A stretch of DNA of 64,000 nucleotides from an uncultured Planctomycetaceae bacterium (GCA_963813715.1 CAWFAK010000005.1:608001-672000); one strand, 5' to 3'; positions 49,706-60,105 are shown, numbered from the stretch's first letter. The notes: generated from the letters alone by a model not told the origin. Translations and numbers: made by a program.

Positions 49706-49849
49706 TCATTCCGCGCGACCTTCGTAGTCGAGGATCCCCCGAACCCGATAAGACCCATATTGGGCGTATGATGCGAGCAAAGCGAACGCGAAGGCGAGCA
49801 CTGTGAGCACGACAACCGCAATGAATACGTATCGCTTGCTTCGGCTCAT
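49706..49849 (-). CDS. 47-aa single-TM peptide (cassette cargo A)
   Basis: TAGAAT-N6-ATG leaderless start; MSRSKRYVFIAVVVLTVLAFAFALLAS... Confidence 0.5.
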   Translation of the reverse strand: MSRSKRYVFIAVVVLTVLAFAFALLASYAQYGSYRVRGILDYEGRAE

Positions 49850-49879
49850 GCCGTCATTCTAGCGGCGGCCACCCCCCGG

Positions 49880-50504
49880 ATTCAGACTTCGCCCTAAAAG
49901 CTATCCGCTGCGCCTCTTAGCACCGGTCTAAATCCGAATTGTGAAGATCAGACCGGACCTGACTCGATTGGCAGTGACGCTATCTAAGCCAATCACGCCT
50001 GAGCCAATCAGGGGGGTGGCTGCGTCGAGGGGTCAGGCTCGCCCCCAGGTCACAACCGCCGGTCTCCTTGTTCAAATGAAAGTGTCCGGACCGGATTCAG
50101 ACTTCGTCCTAAACTGCAGCCATTGCACCTCTTAACCCCGGTCTGAATCGGAATTGTGAAGATTAGACCGGACCGGACCTGACTCGACTGGCTGCGACGA
50201 TATCCGGGCCAAGCGGGAGAGTAGCTTGGTCGAGCCGTCAGGCTCGCCCCGCGGTCCCGGACCGCCGGTCCCTGTCTGTAAATGAAAGAGTCCGGACCGG
50301 ATTCAGACTTCGCCCTAAACCGCAGCTGCTGCGACGCTTAACTCCGGTCTAAATCCGAATTGTGAAGAGGAGACCGGACTGGACCTGACTCCGATGTTGT
50401 GCTCGCAGTCGAGCCCAGCTCGGGTGGCTGGGGTCGAGCCGTCAGGCTCGCCCCCAGGTCCGCAACCGCCGGACTCGTTGTTCAAACGAAAGTGTCCGGA
50501 CCGG
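49880..50504. repeat. Tandem array of three 204-215-bp units, plus a partial unit at 49241-49290
   Basis: Units begin ATTCAGACTTCG at 49880, 50095 and 50301 and end AAAG(T/A)GTCCGGACCGG; 49251-49290 is identical to 50055-50094. Confidence 0.92.
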
Positions 50505-50705
50505 ACCTGACGTCATCCGGCTACCGACCACGCCGTCGATGCCCATCAATGTTGCGGCCATTTCATCCCCGGCGCAAGCCGATCTCGGCCGTCACGACGG
50601 GGCCAAACTCCATTCTGCCACAAATTGCCAACCAACCAAGATCGGTTTTCTACGCCGCTCAGTTTCTCGGTCGCTCGGCCGGAATGCAGACGGGAGATTT
50701 ACCGG

Positions 50706-50743
50706 GGGTGCCAGGGTTGAGCTTGCTCGAGCGTGCTCTTAAC
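50706..50743. repeat. GGGTG-footed REP hairpin; uninterrupted relative of the IS target at 31764/32992
   Basis: GGGTGCCAGGGTTGAGCTTGCTCGAGCGTGCTCTTAAC. Confidence 0.75.
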
Positions 50744-50796
50744 GGGTTCAGCAACCGTCGTCATCAGGCGGAAGGAGCAAAGGGGCAGACGCACGG

Positions 50797-52790
50797 TCAA
50801 TCGCCGTTCGGGCCGTCGATCACCAGCGTGCAATCTGGCAGGCTCTCGAGGAACTGTCGGCCGTACGGTTTGCTGCGAATCCGCGGATCGAGAATCGCGA
50901 CCTGCCCGGTGTCCGCCTTGCGGCGAATCAGGCGTCCGAAGCCCTGCTTGAGTTTGATCACGGCCTCGGGCACCTGGTATTCGATGAAGGGATTGCCCCC
51001 TCGCTCACGAATCGCCTCCAGCCGCGCCTCGAGCAGCGGATGATCGGGCACGCTGAACGGGAGCTTGGTGATGATCACGTTCTGCAGCGCGTCGCCGGGC
51101 ACGTCGACTCCCTGCCAGAAGCTGTCGGTGCCGAACAACACGCCGGCGGCGTCCTTGCGGAAGCGTTCCAACATCAGCGAATTCGGCAGCCCGTCGGACT
51201 GGCAGTAAAGCGTGTATTGATGCCGGGCGAACCATTGAGCGAGTCGCTCGGCACAGCTCTTGAGCATTTTGTAACTGGTAAACAGCACAAACGCGCGGCC
51301 GTGCGTTTCCGTCACATGGTGTTGGATGCGTTCGCAGACCGCCTGCTCATACTCACGGGGATGGGCGGCCGGGTCGGGCATGCCGTCGGAGAGGATCAAT
51401 CGCGCCTGACGCTTGAAGTCGAACGGGCTGCCGAGCCGGCACTCGTCGGCGGCGCCAGCCCCCAGGCGGTCCTTAATGAAGTCGAAGCTGCGCTTGCCGA
51501 CGGCGAGCGTGGCGCTGGTGAGGATCACCGTCTTCACCCGGTCGAAGAGTTCGCTCTTGAGCACCGGGCCAACTTCGATCGGTGCACAGTGCAGCTCGGT
51601 GCGCGGCCGTTTTCCCTGTCGGACCTCGATCCAGTAGACGCAACCGGGCAACGACTGCTTGAGCCAGGCCGCCAGCGATTGGCCCAGCTCGATACAGCGC
51701 TGGGCGGCGGCCGTCAGCTCGATCGACTGTTCTTCGTTCACGATCTCCTTCGCGGCAGAGTTCATCGTCGCTGCCAGCTCGGTGAGCGCGGGGGTGACTT
51801 TGTTCACGACGTCGAGCGGTTGTCGGAGGCGGCCATTTTCGCTTCCGTGAACCTCGTGCCAGTCGCGGAGATCCTCGAGCAAGTCCCGCACACCGTGGCG
51901 GATGCGGTCGACCAGCCGCTGCGCGTCGAGAGTTTGTGGTGCACCAGCAGGCCGCGCTGCGTGTAGTCGTTGTAGAGCTTGTTGAGCAGGTAATCGAACT
52001 GTCCGCTGGTGAGCGTCAGTCCCATCCGGTCGCCGGCGACCGCTTCGACGGTGTGAGCTTCGTCGAGCACGACGACTTCATAATCGGGCAGCAAGCTCAC
52101 CCCTTCCCGCCGCAACGCCAGGTCAGAGAAGAAGAGGGCGTGATTGACCACCAGGACGTCGGCGTCCCAAATCCGCCGCCGCGCCTGGTAATAGAAGCAG
52201 TCGTTGTACGTGGGGCATTTTTTCCCCAGGCAATTGCCACGATCGCTAGCGACTTCGTCCCAGACGTTGGGGAACGGCCGCAGCGACAAATCGCTGCGCG
52301 TGCCGTCGGTCGTCCGCCGCGACCAGTCGAGGATCGTCTGCAGCTGCTCGAATTCCTGCTCCTGAAAGAAAATCGATTTGGCCCGTTCGACGGCGGCGTT
52401 CATCCGCCGCAGACTGATGTAGTTCCCGCGCCCTTTCGCCAGCACGCACGAGAACTCAACCGGCAGCACTGAACGCAGAAAGGGGATGTCCCGCGTGACG
52501 AGCTGTTCCTGCAGGCTGATCGTGTGGGTCGAAATGACGAGGGGCTTGCGGGGGCGTTCCGTGGTGCCCGTCGGATCGTGTTCCGCGGTGACTGCCAGAA
52601 TGGCCGGGACGAGGTAGGCGAAACTCTTGCCCACGCCAGTTCCCGCTTCGACCAGCAAATGCCTCGACTCCGCGATGGCCCGCTCGACCGCTTCGGCCAT
52701 TTCCAGCTGCTGTGGCCGGTGTTCGTAACTGTCGAGGCGCCGGGCGATTCGGCCGTCACTGCCGAGCACGGAGGTGGCATTGAGCGTCAA
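50797..52790 (-). CDS. dinG: DinG/YoaA family ATP-dependent helicase (frameshift near 51900)
   Basis: EAGTGVGKS, DEAH, TSATL, FWQGVD, QGFGRLIR. Confidence 0.92.
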
Positions 52791-53009
52791 AGCGAGCAGA
52801 CTCCCTCCGCGGACCCAATTCCGATTCGGAAGGAATTCTAAGTCTTACCGTGCGCCCGGGGGAGGGCTGGGCCAGCCAATCAGCGGAATGAAAGTTGCTT
52901 TTGAGTGCTTTCGGACGAAGAATAAAGGCGTGTCGAAGCGAATTCGTCTGATCGACCTTACTAAAAGACTCGTTTCCACAACGCCACTCTTAGCGCTAAG
53001 GAGCCAGGC

Positions 53010-53535
53010 ATGTCGAAGGTCTTTGCAATCGGACTGGCTGCTGCGGTGATCGGTTTCGCAGCCAGTCAGCCAGCCAACGCCGGTCATCGTCGTTGCTGGG
53101 GATACGGCTGGTATTCGTATCCGTCTTACTCGGGCTACACCTACTCGAATTACGGCACGTACTCCAACTATGGCGCAGTACTATGCGCCGTCGGCACCGG
53201 TGGCCACGAATATTCCGCCGGCCCCGAGCGGGCAGGTGGCTCGCACGGATAACGGAGTGTATCGCAGCTTCTCGGATGAACCGGGGCAGACGGCTCCGAC
53301 TCCGACCTATCAACCGGCGCCCGCGCCGATCGCCGTCGCGCCAGCCGGCTCGTCCGATTACGGGACAGACGGCAACCCGTACGGTGGCAGCGGAGTGACG
53401 ATCGGCGGCGTGCCGAGCCCGGCTTCGAACTATGGCACCGCCAACAACCCGTCCGGAACGGGAGGAATGACGACGTTCGGTGGCGGGACGTATTCTGGCA
53501 ACACCACCGGTGGCACGGCCGGTCACCCATATTGA
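53010..53535 (+). CDS. Secreted Tyr/Gly/Pro-rich protein (frameshift near 53170)
   Basis: RBS AAGGAG, signal peptide ending in ANA; two adjoining frames. Confidence 0.6.
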
Positions 53536-53713
53536 TCGGCTGAGATCGATCGGGTGGCGAAGCCCGAAATCAATGGTGCGGCTGCCTGGGCAACGCACTG
53601 TGGATAAAAAAACGGCCCGGTGGGAAGATTTCTGTCCCGCCGGCCGTTCGTTTTCAATCGCTAGGCTATTTTCGGACTGCTCTGCGGGAGTCTGCGCAAA
53701 ATTCGTCCAGCGC

Positions 53714-54769
53714 TTATTGTCTCGTGCGCGGCGCACTGTCCGCTGCCACCTGAGCGGAGGCTGGAGTCGGACTTGTCATGGAGCGAGCCCAGCGTGCGGC
53801 GTGTTCGGTCCAAATGGAGTCGTTCAGGCTCCGTTCCAGTTCAAGCGATCGCTCGCCGTAGACATCGCGGAGCGCGGCCTGCCAATCCTTCTGCTGGCTC
53901 GCGGCGACGAAATCGAGACATTGCGCCGGGGTACCCCAATCGAGGAGCAGGCCTACGAGGGCCACGCTCTGTCCGTTGAACGCGTCGCGATATGCGAGCT
54001 GGGGGCGCGAGCGAACATTGACGAGATCGCTCAGCGAATAAATCGCGCCGTGGCTGGCCGCTCGACGCAATTCGGTCAATCGCCGTTTCAGTTTCTCCGG
54101 CGATTCCGCGAGCATCGCAATGCCTTCGTCAGCCCAGGGTGAAATTCGTTGTTGCGAGAAACGATCCGCCAGGACGACGTGCATCAGTTCGTGCGGCAGG
54201 CTTTCCGTATTCCAATCGAGGGCGTCTGCTCGGAAGTCGATCCGTCGCAGGACGACCCGTCCTTGATCGAGGCCGATCGACGAACAGCCTGAAGTCGTTT
54301 GACTCCCGGGACCCACGCAGGCCACGTAGGCGTTCGTGTCGGGATGGACCACCACCTCGCAGAAGGGCGTCCATGCGGCGGGGTGCGCGTCACCGAGCCA
54401 ACGCTCTCGAGCGCCGAGGGCCAGCCGTTCGCAGGAGGCGGCCAGCTCTCGAATGTTCGCCTCGGACGTGCACCAGTAAATCCGAAAATTGGCCGTGCGG
54501 GCGACCCAACTGTTCGGGCACGGGCACGAGGACGGGCAGAGCATGATCGCCGGATCGGGACTTGTGGCCTCCGGTCGAGGTCGGGCGGCGGCGACCGGTG
54601 AATCGTCGGCCCGTGTTACCGAGCCAGACAACGCAGCGAGAATCGTGGAGGCGAAAATCAGCGAAAGGGGAGTCGGCGAAAGGAAACGGGGCGGGACGCA
54701 AACCCAAGCAGCCAAGCGCATCGAGACTCCCTTTTCCGGAGCCAAGCGCTTGCCCAAGGTCTGCGCCAA
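53714..54769 (-). CDS. Secreted zinc metallopeptidase-like protein (gluzincin type); start uncertain
   Basis: HELMH plus downstream WADEGIA. Confidence 0.75.
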   Translation of the reverse strand: MAQTLGKRLAPEKGVSMRLAAWVCVPPRFLSPTPLSLIFASTILAALSGSVTRADDSPVAAARPRPEATSPDPAIMLCPSSCPCPNSWVARTANFRIYWCTSEANIRELAASCERLALGARERWLGDAHPAAWTPFCEVVVHPDTNAYVACVGPGSQTTSGCSSIGLDQGRVVLRRIDFRADALDWNTESLPHELMHVVLADRFSQQRISPWADEGIAMLAESPEKLKRRLTELRRAASHGAIYSLSDLVNVRSRPQLAYRDAFNGQSVALVGLLLDWGTPAQCLDFVAASQQKDWQAALRDVYGERSLELERSLNDSIWTEHAARWARSMTSPTPASAQVAADSAPRTRQ

Positions 54770-55015
54770 GTTTTCCGGGTCGGGATCGCTTTAGGAATCT
54801 TCATGCCGGGCTTTTTGATTTGCGATAAGTGATTGCCTTGTAATTGTTTATGGAAATGATAGATGGCGATGTGTGCGCTCGAGTTGCGCAGTGCCGCCAA
54901 TTCTTCATGCACGTTTGGCAATCGGCAAAAAATTAACTGGGCCAGGGATTTAGGGCGAGGCGGGCCCAGCGCGGCGCGAAGGGGAGGATCTGGCAAGCGG
55001 TGGCCGAAAGCGGTC

Positions 55016-55091
<76 letters not shown>

Positions 55092-55376
55092 GAAGTCATT
55101 TTGGGCCGCAAGGTTGCGATCGCATGAGGGAAGTCCAGCGGCCGAGGCGTTGTCTCGCTCACTCTAGGCCGGGCCAGATATACTGTCAATAAGCCGCTTC
55201 GGCGGCAGAAGATCGGTCGACGTGCGGCGAAATGCTTTGTCGCCCGCCTGCGGTGCCGGCCGCTTGTCCGCGCGTCTCCCGGGTTCGATGGCGACTCGCA
55301 CGAGGTTCCTGCGATCACAGAGCCAATCACCGTTTCTCCCGTTCACGCGGCCACGGCCGACCCTGCGGGTGTCCGA

Positions 55377-57293
55377 GTGGCGCGGCCGACGCCCGACCAG
55401 GGTCTGTCGAGTGAGGCACTGCGCGAGTGCGGCGCCAGCGTGCGGGACATTCAGACGGCTGCCGCGGACTTGGCTTCCGCGGTCGGACTACTGGGTTTGC
55501 CGTCGCTCGAGGCGCGGGAGTGGTATCGACTGCTGCGCGAAAAACTCGTGCCGCAGCTCGGAGCGGATGCTTACCTGATCGTGGCCGTGGTGGGCGGCAC
55601 GAACATCGGCAAGAGCGTCATTTTCAATCACATCGCCGCCAGCCCGCTTAGCGCCAGCAGCCCGCTGGCGTCGGGCACGCGAAATCCGGTGTGCGTCGTC
55701 CCCGCGGGCTTCGAGCATTCGCACGAGCTGTCCGCGATTTTCCCGGAGTTCAGCCTGCGGCCGTGGGCGAGCGTCAGCGACGCGCTCGCCGACACTCCGG
55801 ACGACCGCATTTATTGGCGGTCGGTTTCCGGGACGCCGCCAAATTTGTTGATTCTCGACACGCCCGACATCGACAGCGACGTGCAGGTGAACTGGAAACG
55901 GGCGGACGGCATCCGCCGCGTGGCCGACGTGTTGATCGCCGTTCTCACGCAGCAAAAGTACAACGACGCGGCGGTGAAGCAGTACTTCCGCAAAGCGGCG
56001 GAGGAAGGCAAGCTGGTCCTGGTCGTGTTCAACCAGTGCCAGCTTCCCGACGACGAGGCCTATTGGCCCCTTTGGCTGGGGACGTTTTGCCGCGAGACGG
56101 GCGTTTCGCCGCGGCTCGTTTATATCGCCCCCAACGATCGCCGGGCGGCCGAGCAAGGCGGCCTGCCCTTCTTCGAGAAGCCGCCGAACGCGTGGCAGGG
56201 CAACGGCTCTGCGAGCCAGCCCGCCGCAACGGCAACGCCCGCCGACCTGGCCCACGACTTGTCGCAGCTGAAATTCGCCGAGATCAAGCTGACCACGCTG
56301 TCGGGCGCGCTCGAGCATTTGATGTCGCAGGAAACAGGACTGCCTGCGTTTCTGCGGGAGGTGCAAGCCCGCAGCGCCGAGTTCGAATCGGCGGCCAAAT
56401 GGCTTTCATCGGAGAGCGTGATCAAGGTCAGCGATTGGCCGTCGGTGTCGAGTTCGCTCTTGGTCGCGGAAATTCGCGCGTGGTGGCGACAACGCCAGCA
56501 CGGCGTCGCCCGTAGCGTCCACGAGTTTTATGACACGGTCGGCCGCGGCATGATGTATCCCTTCCGGCTGGCCAGCGACAAACTGCGCGGCCCCTCGATC
56601 AGTCGAATCGACCAGTATCGGCAGAACGAATGGGGAGCGATCCTGAAAGTCATCGAGGATCTCTACGACCGCCTCAGCTGGCTGTCCGAATCGGCCAATC
56701 CGCTGCTCAAGCCGTTCCTCGGGCAGATGCTGGCGGGCAAGTCGCGTCAGCAACTGTTGGAACAACTCCGCGTTGACCATCAGCGCGTCGACATCGCCGC
56801 CGAGCTGGCGCAGACTGTCAACTCGGAAATGCAGGCCTTCAAGGAAGGTAACCCGGATCTCTACAACATTTATCGACAGCTGACCAACTTCTCCGCCGCC
56901 ATTCGTCCGCTGACCAGCGTGGCGTTCTTCACCATCGGCTTGGGGCCCGCGCATGAATTGGTGGTGCACGGCCTCACACCGATCGCGGCCGACCTGGCAA
57001 CGGGCACGGTCGCAGTGGCGGGAGGCGATGCGATGCTGGCCGGCGGCGCGAGCCTGCTCGAAACGCGGTTTCGCCGGCTGCAAGCGGCCTTCACGAAGCG
57101 CCGCGTCGATTGGCTGCTGAAACGTCTCAATGAACAAGTCTTTGGAGCAGTCCCCGGCGATCTGCAAACTGCCGCAACCGTTCCTCAGTCTGCGACCTAT
57201 CGCAGGCTGGCCGAGGCCGTCGGCCGCTTGGACAATCAGCTCGCCGATATCACGAAGCCTTCGCCCGCGGTCGGCGTGGCGGCGACACGCTAG
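55377..57293 (+). CDS. P-loop GTPase, dynamin-like architecture
   Basis: G1 GGTNIGKS, G3 DTPD, long helical C-terminus. Confidence 0.8.
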   Translation: MARPTPDQGLSSEALRECGASVRDIQTAAADLASAVGLLGLPSLEAREWYRLLREKLVPQLGADAYLIVAVVGGTNIGKSVIFNHIAASPLSASSPLASGTRNPVCVVPAGFEHSHELSAIFPEFSLRPWASVSDALADTPDDRIYWRSVSGTPPNLLILDTPDIDSDVQVNWKRADGIRRVADVLIAVLTQQKYNDAAVKQYFRKAAEEGKLVLVVFNQCQLPDDEAYWPLWLGTFCRETGVSPRLVYIAPNDRRAAEQGGLPFFEKPPNAWQGNGSASQPAATATPADLAHDLSQLKFAEIKLTTLSGALEHLMSQETGLPAFLREVQARSAEFESAAKWLSSESVIKVSDWPSVSSSLLVAEIRAWWRQRQHGVARSVHEFYDTVGRGMMYPFRLASDKLRGPSISRIDQYRQNEWGAILKVIEDLYDRLSWLSESANPLLKPFLGQMLAGKSRQQLLEQLRVDHQRVDIAAELAQTVNSEMQAFKEGNPDLYNIYRQLTNFSAAIRPLTSVAFFTIGLGPAHELVVHGLTPIAADLATGTVAVAGGDAMLAGGASLLETRFRRLQAAFTKRRVDWLLKRLNEQVFGAVPGDLQTAATVPQSATYRRLAEAVGRLDNQLADITKPSPAVGVAATR

Positions 57294-57305
57294 AATCTCG
57301 TCAGC

Positions 57306-59117
57306 ATGACCACTCCCGAACTCGCCCAACTGGAAGCCCTGTCGCAAGTCGACGAGATTGTCGAGCGGCTCACGCGGTGGACGGCCGAAGAAACATCCTG
57401 GGAGCCCCTCCGCTCGTGCCGCGCTCTTTTGAAGCGGGTGCTCTCGCGGGTCGATTCGCTCCGCATCCGGCTCGAGGCCCCACTGGTCGTTGCCACGTTC
57501 GGAGGCACCGGCACCGGCAAGAGCACACTGGTCAACGCGATCATCGGCCGGGAGTGTGCCCGCACCGGCCGGCAGCGACCGACGACGACGCGCCCGCTGC
57601 TCCTCGTTCATCCCAACACCGATCTGAGCACGTTGGGGTTTTCGACGGAGGAATTCGATGTCAGCCGCGTCGACGCGCCCCTCTTGCAGGACATTGTTCT
57701 GATCGATTGTCCGGATCCGGACACGTCGGAGAGCGACGCCAAAGGCAGCAATCTCCAACGGCTGCACGATCTGCTGCCGCACTGCGACGTATTGATCTAT
57801 ACCTCCACGCAGCAGAAATACCGTTCGGGCCGCGTCACGGACGAGCTGGGACTGGCCTCCAATGGCTGCCGATTGATTTTCGTGCAGACGCACGCCGAGC
57901 TCGACCAGGACATTCGCGATGATTGGCGACGGCACCTGGGCGCGCACTATGACGTGCCGGAGGTCTTCTTTATCGACTCGCTGCAAGGTTTGAAGGAACA
58001 GCTCGCCGGCGGGCGGCCCTCCGGCGATCTCGGCCGATTGCAGCAGGTGCTGACCACCCAACTGTCGGCCGCCCATCGAGTCCAGGTCCGCCGTTCGAAC
58101 CTGATCGATTTGCTGCATTCGGCCGTCGAACATTGCCGGAGCACGCTCCGCGAATACGATCCGTCGCTCGCCCAGCTCGAAGGGGCCCTCGAAAACCAGC
58201 ACGCGCGGCTGGTGCGGTCGTTGGCCGACAACCTGACGAGCGAGCTGAAGCGCAGTAGCGCCCTCTGGGAGCGGCGGTTGCTCGCCTCCGTCACGCAGCT
58301 GTGGGGGTTCAGCCCGTTCTCTTCGCTGTTGCGGCTCTATAACGCGATGGGCGGTCTGGTGGCCTCGCTGACTCTGTTACGGGCCCGCTCGTCGGCCCAG
58401 ATCGCGCTGATCGGCGCGGTGCAGGGGTTCCGCTGGCTGCGGGCCCGTCAGCAGGAACAGCAGGCGGAGGGGCGGCTCGAGCGACTCTCGGCCACGAGTG
58501 CCGACGACAGCATCCTGCGCGAGGCCCAGGTGCTGATCGCCGGCTACGCCGGCTCCGGCGGCTTCGATTCGGGTCTCGTCCAATCGGACTCACTGCAAAC
58601 GCTGCGTAAGCAGGCGCTGCAGCTCGAGGAAGAATTCCTGGCCGACGCCAGCCGGCGGATCGATCAAATCATCGACGGCCTCGTCGCCCGCGATTCGGGC
58701 TGGCTGCCCCGGCTCTGCTACGAGACGCTGTTCGCAATTTATCCGCTGTTCGTCCTGATTCGCGTCGGCAAGAACTTCTTTTATGACTCGATGTTCGGCA
58801 ACATGCCGCTCTTCGCGACGAGCTTCTACGTCTCGGCCGGACTGTTCTTCTTGCTGTGGTCGTGGCTGTTCGTGATGTCCTTCTGCCGCCGGCTGCGACG
58901 ACACCTCTCCGGCGAGATCGAAGAGCTGGCTCAGTCGCTGGCCGAACAGAGAATCACCGGCGAAATGTTCCCACCGCTCGCCGAGGCTTGCCGCCAGGCT
59001 CGCCTGCAGCGCACTCGCCTCGATGCAATCGCCGTCACGATCGGTGGTCTGCGCCCGGAACGGAGCGGCACGCTCGGCGCACCTCGCGCGGCGGCCCGGC
59101 GGCTTGTTACCGCGTAG
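57306..59117 (+). CDS. P-loop GTPase with C-terminal TM hairpin, dynamin-like architecture
   Basis: G1 GGTGTGKS, G2 RPTT, G3 DCPD, two hydrophobic helices. Confidence 0.8.
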   Translation: MTTPELAQLEALSQVDEIVERLTRWTAEETSWEPLRSCRALLKRVLSRVDSLRIRLEAPLVVATFGGTGTGKSTLVNAIIGRECARTGRQRPTTTRPLLLVHPNTDLSTLGFSTEEFDVSRVDAPLLQDIVLIDCPDPDTSESDAKGSNLQRLHDLLPHCDVLIYTSTQQKYRSGRVTDELGLASNGCRLIFVQTHAELDQDIRDDWRRHLGAHYDVPEVFFIDSLQGLKEQLAGGRPSGDLGRLQQVLTTQLSAAHRVQVRRSNLIDLLHSAVEHCRSTLREYDPSLAQLEGALENQHARLVRSLADNLTSELKRSSALWERRLLASVTQLWGFSPFSSLLRLYNAMGGLVASLTLLRARSSAQIALIGAVQGFRWLRARQQEQQAEGRLERLSATSADDSILREAQVLIAGYAGSGGFDSGLVQSDSLQTLRKQALQLEEEFLADASRRIDQIIDGLVARDSGWLPRLCYETLFAIYPLFVLIRVGKNFFYDSMFGNMPLFATSFYVSAGLFFLLWSWLFVMSFCRRLRRHLSGEIEELAQSLAEQRITGEMFPPLAEACRQARLQRTRLDAIAVTIGGLRPERSGTLGAPRAAARRLVTA

Positions 59118-59240
59118 CGGTTCGCTAAGCTTGGCTGAGGGTCCGCGGATCAGACTGCGGGATTTGCCGACTCGCTCAGAATTGCGACCAGAGCGGCATG
59201 GGCCAGTTAGGCTCGGCACGCACCACGCAACGCCGGCTCG

Positions 59241-60092
59241 TTACGGCATAGCGCGGGGTGCCGGTGCTAGCTTGAAGCGTGTCGGAGCACCGGATGCGTC
59301 GGGCACTGCCGGCGTTTGGGGTGTCGGTGTTTCGGATGAGGCCGGTGGTGCCGGTGCTGGCTCAGCTGGAGGACCAGATTGGTGGGGCGTTACCGGTCCA
59401 GTGGGTGTAATCGAATTGGATGCCCAGGGCGAGCACGGGCAACCGCTCTGGAACTGCTGCGCAAGATTCACGTACTCGGGAGCGGGAACGGCATAGATTT
59501 CCGGCGGGATCACGCGGTAGTGCACCCACAGGGTCCAGTCGACTCGAGATTGTCCCGGCTCGCCCGGAAGGGCGTTGCCCATCTCGGCAGCTTTTTGGGT
59601 ATCCAAATTCCCCCAGACAGTTTGCCCAAACTGGGTTTCGACCAGAGCCAAGCTCTGAAGGGCAAATGCGTTCATCGGATCTGCAACGAGTTGGGCTCTG
59701 AAATAGGTGGCGGCGCCATCCAGAAGGACAAAGCGTTTGCCGAGGTCGTCTTTGGCGAATTCAGGCGAGTTGCGTTGCCCATCCGAGAGCTCGATGGATT
59801 TGGCATTCGCAGACTCGCTGGTAACCGTAAAGGCGCGTGGCGTCGAATTCGCGGTCTCCGAGTCAGCTGGCTTCTCTGTTAGAAACACGGTTGCACCTTT
59901 CCAGGTGCCCGTTTGCGCCTCGGCGACGGAAGAAAGAGTGAGCGGCAGAAAGACGGCGATGCAGATCTGCGCACTTTGCCATAGCAGGGTCCCTGGGAAC
60001 GGGAGATCATGATGTCCGTATCCCAGATTACCAACGCCTGAGCCCAGTCGGCTAGAGGGTATCCTCGCTCTTTCGGACTGTCTTACATCCAC
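59241..60092 (-). CDS. Hypothetical secreted protein; start uncertain
   Basis: Signal-like segment ending in AEA; Pro-rich tail. Confidence 0.55.
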   Translation of the reverse strand: MDVRQSERARIPSSRLGSGVGNLGYGHHDLPFPGTLLWQSAQICIAVFLPLTLSSVAEAQTGTWKGATVFLTEKPADSETANSTPRAFTVTSESANAKSIELSDGQRNSPEFAKDDLGKRFVLLDGAATYFRAQLVADPMNAFALQSLALVETQFGQTVWGNLDTQKAAEMGNALPGEPGQSRVDWTLWVHYRVIPPEIYAVPAPEYVNLAQQFQSGCPCSPWASNSITPTGPVTPHQSGPPAEPAPAPPASSETPTPQTPAVPDASGAPTRFKLAPAPRAMP

Positions 60093-60105
60093 ACGGCCTA
60101 CTGTT

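Noticed and set aside
49880..50504. CRISPR array
   Set aside because: Units are about 210 bp, the variable parts still align between units, and no cas genes are present
49241..50504. Classical integron attC array
   Set aside because: No RYYYAAC...GTTRRRY-bounded sites seen and no IntI in the window
53599..53607. Perfect DnaA box TGTGGATAA
   Set aside because: Isolated single box beside a terminator-like hairpin; compatible with chance
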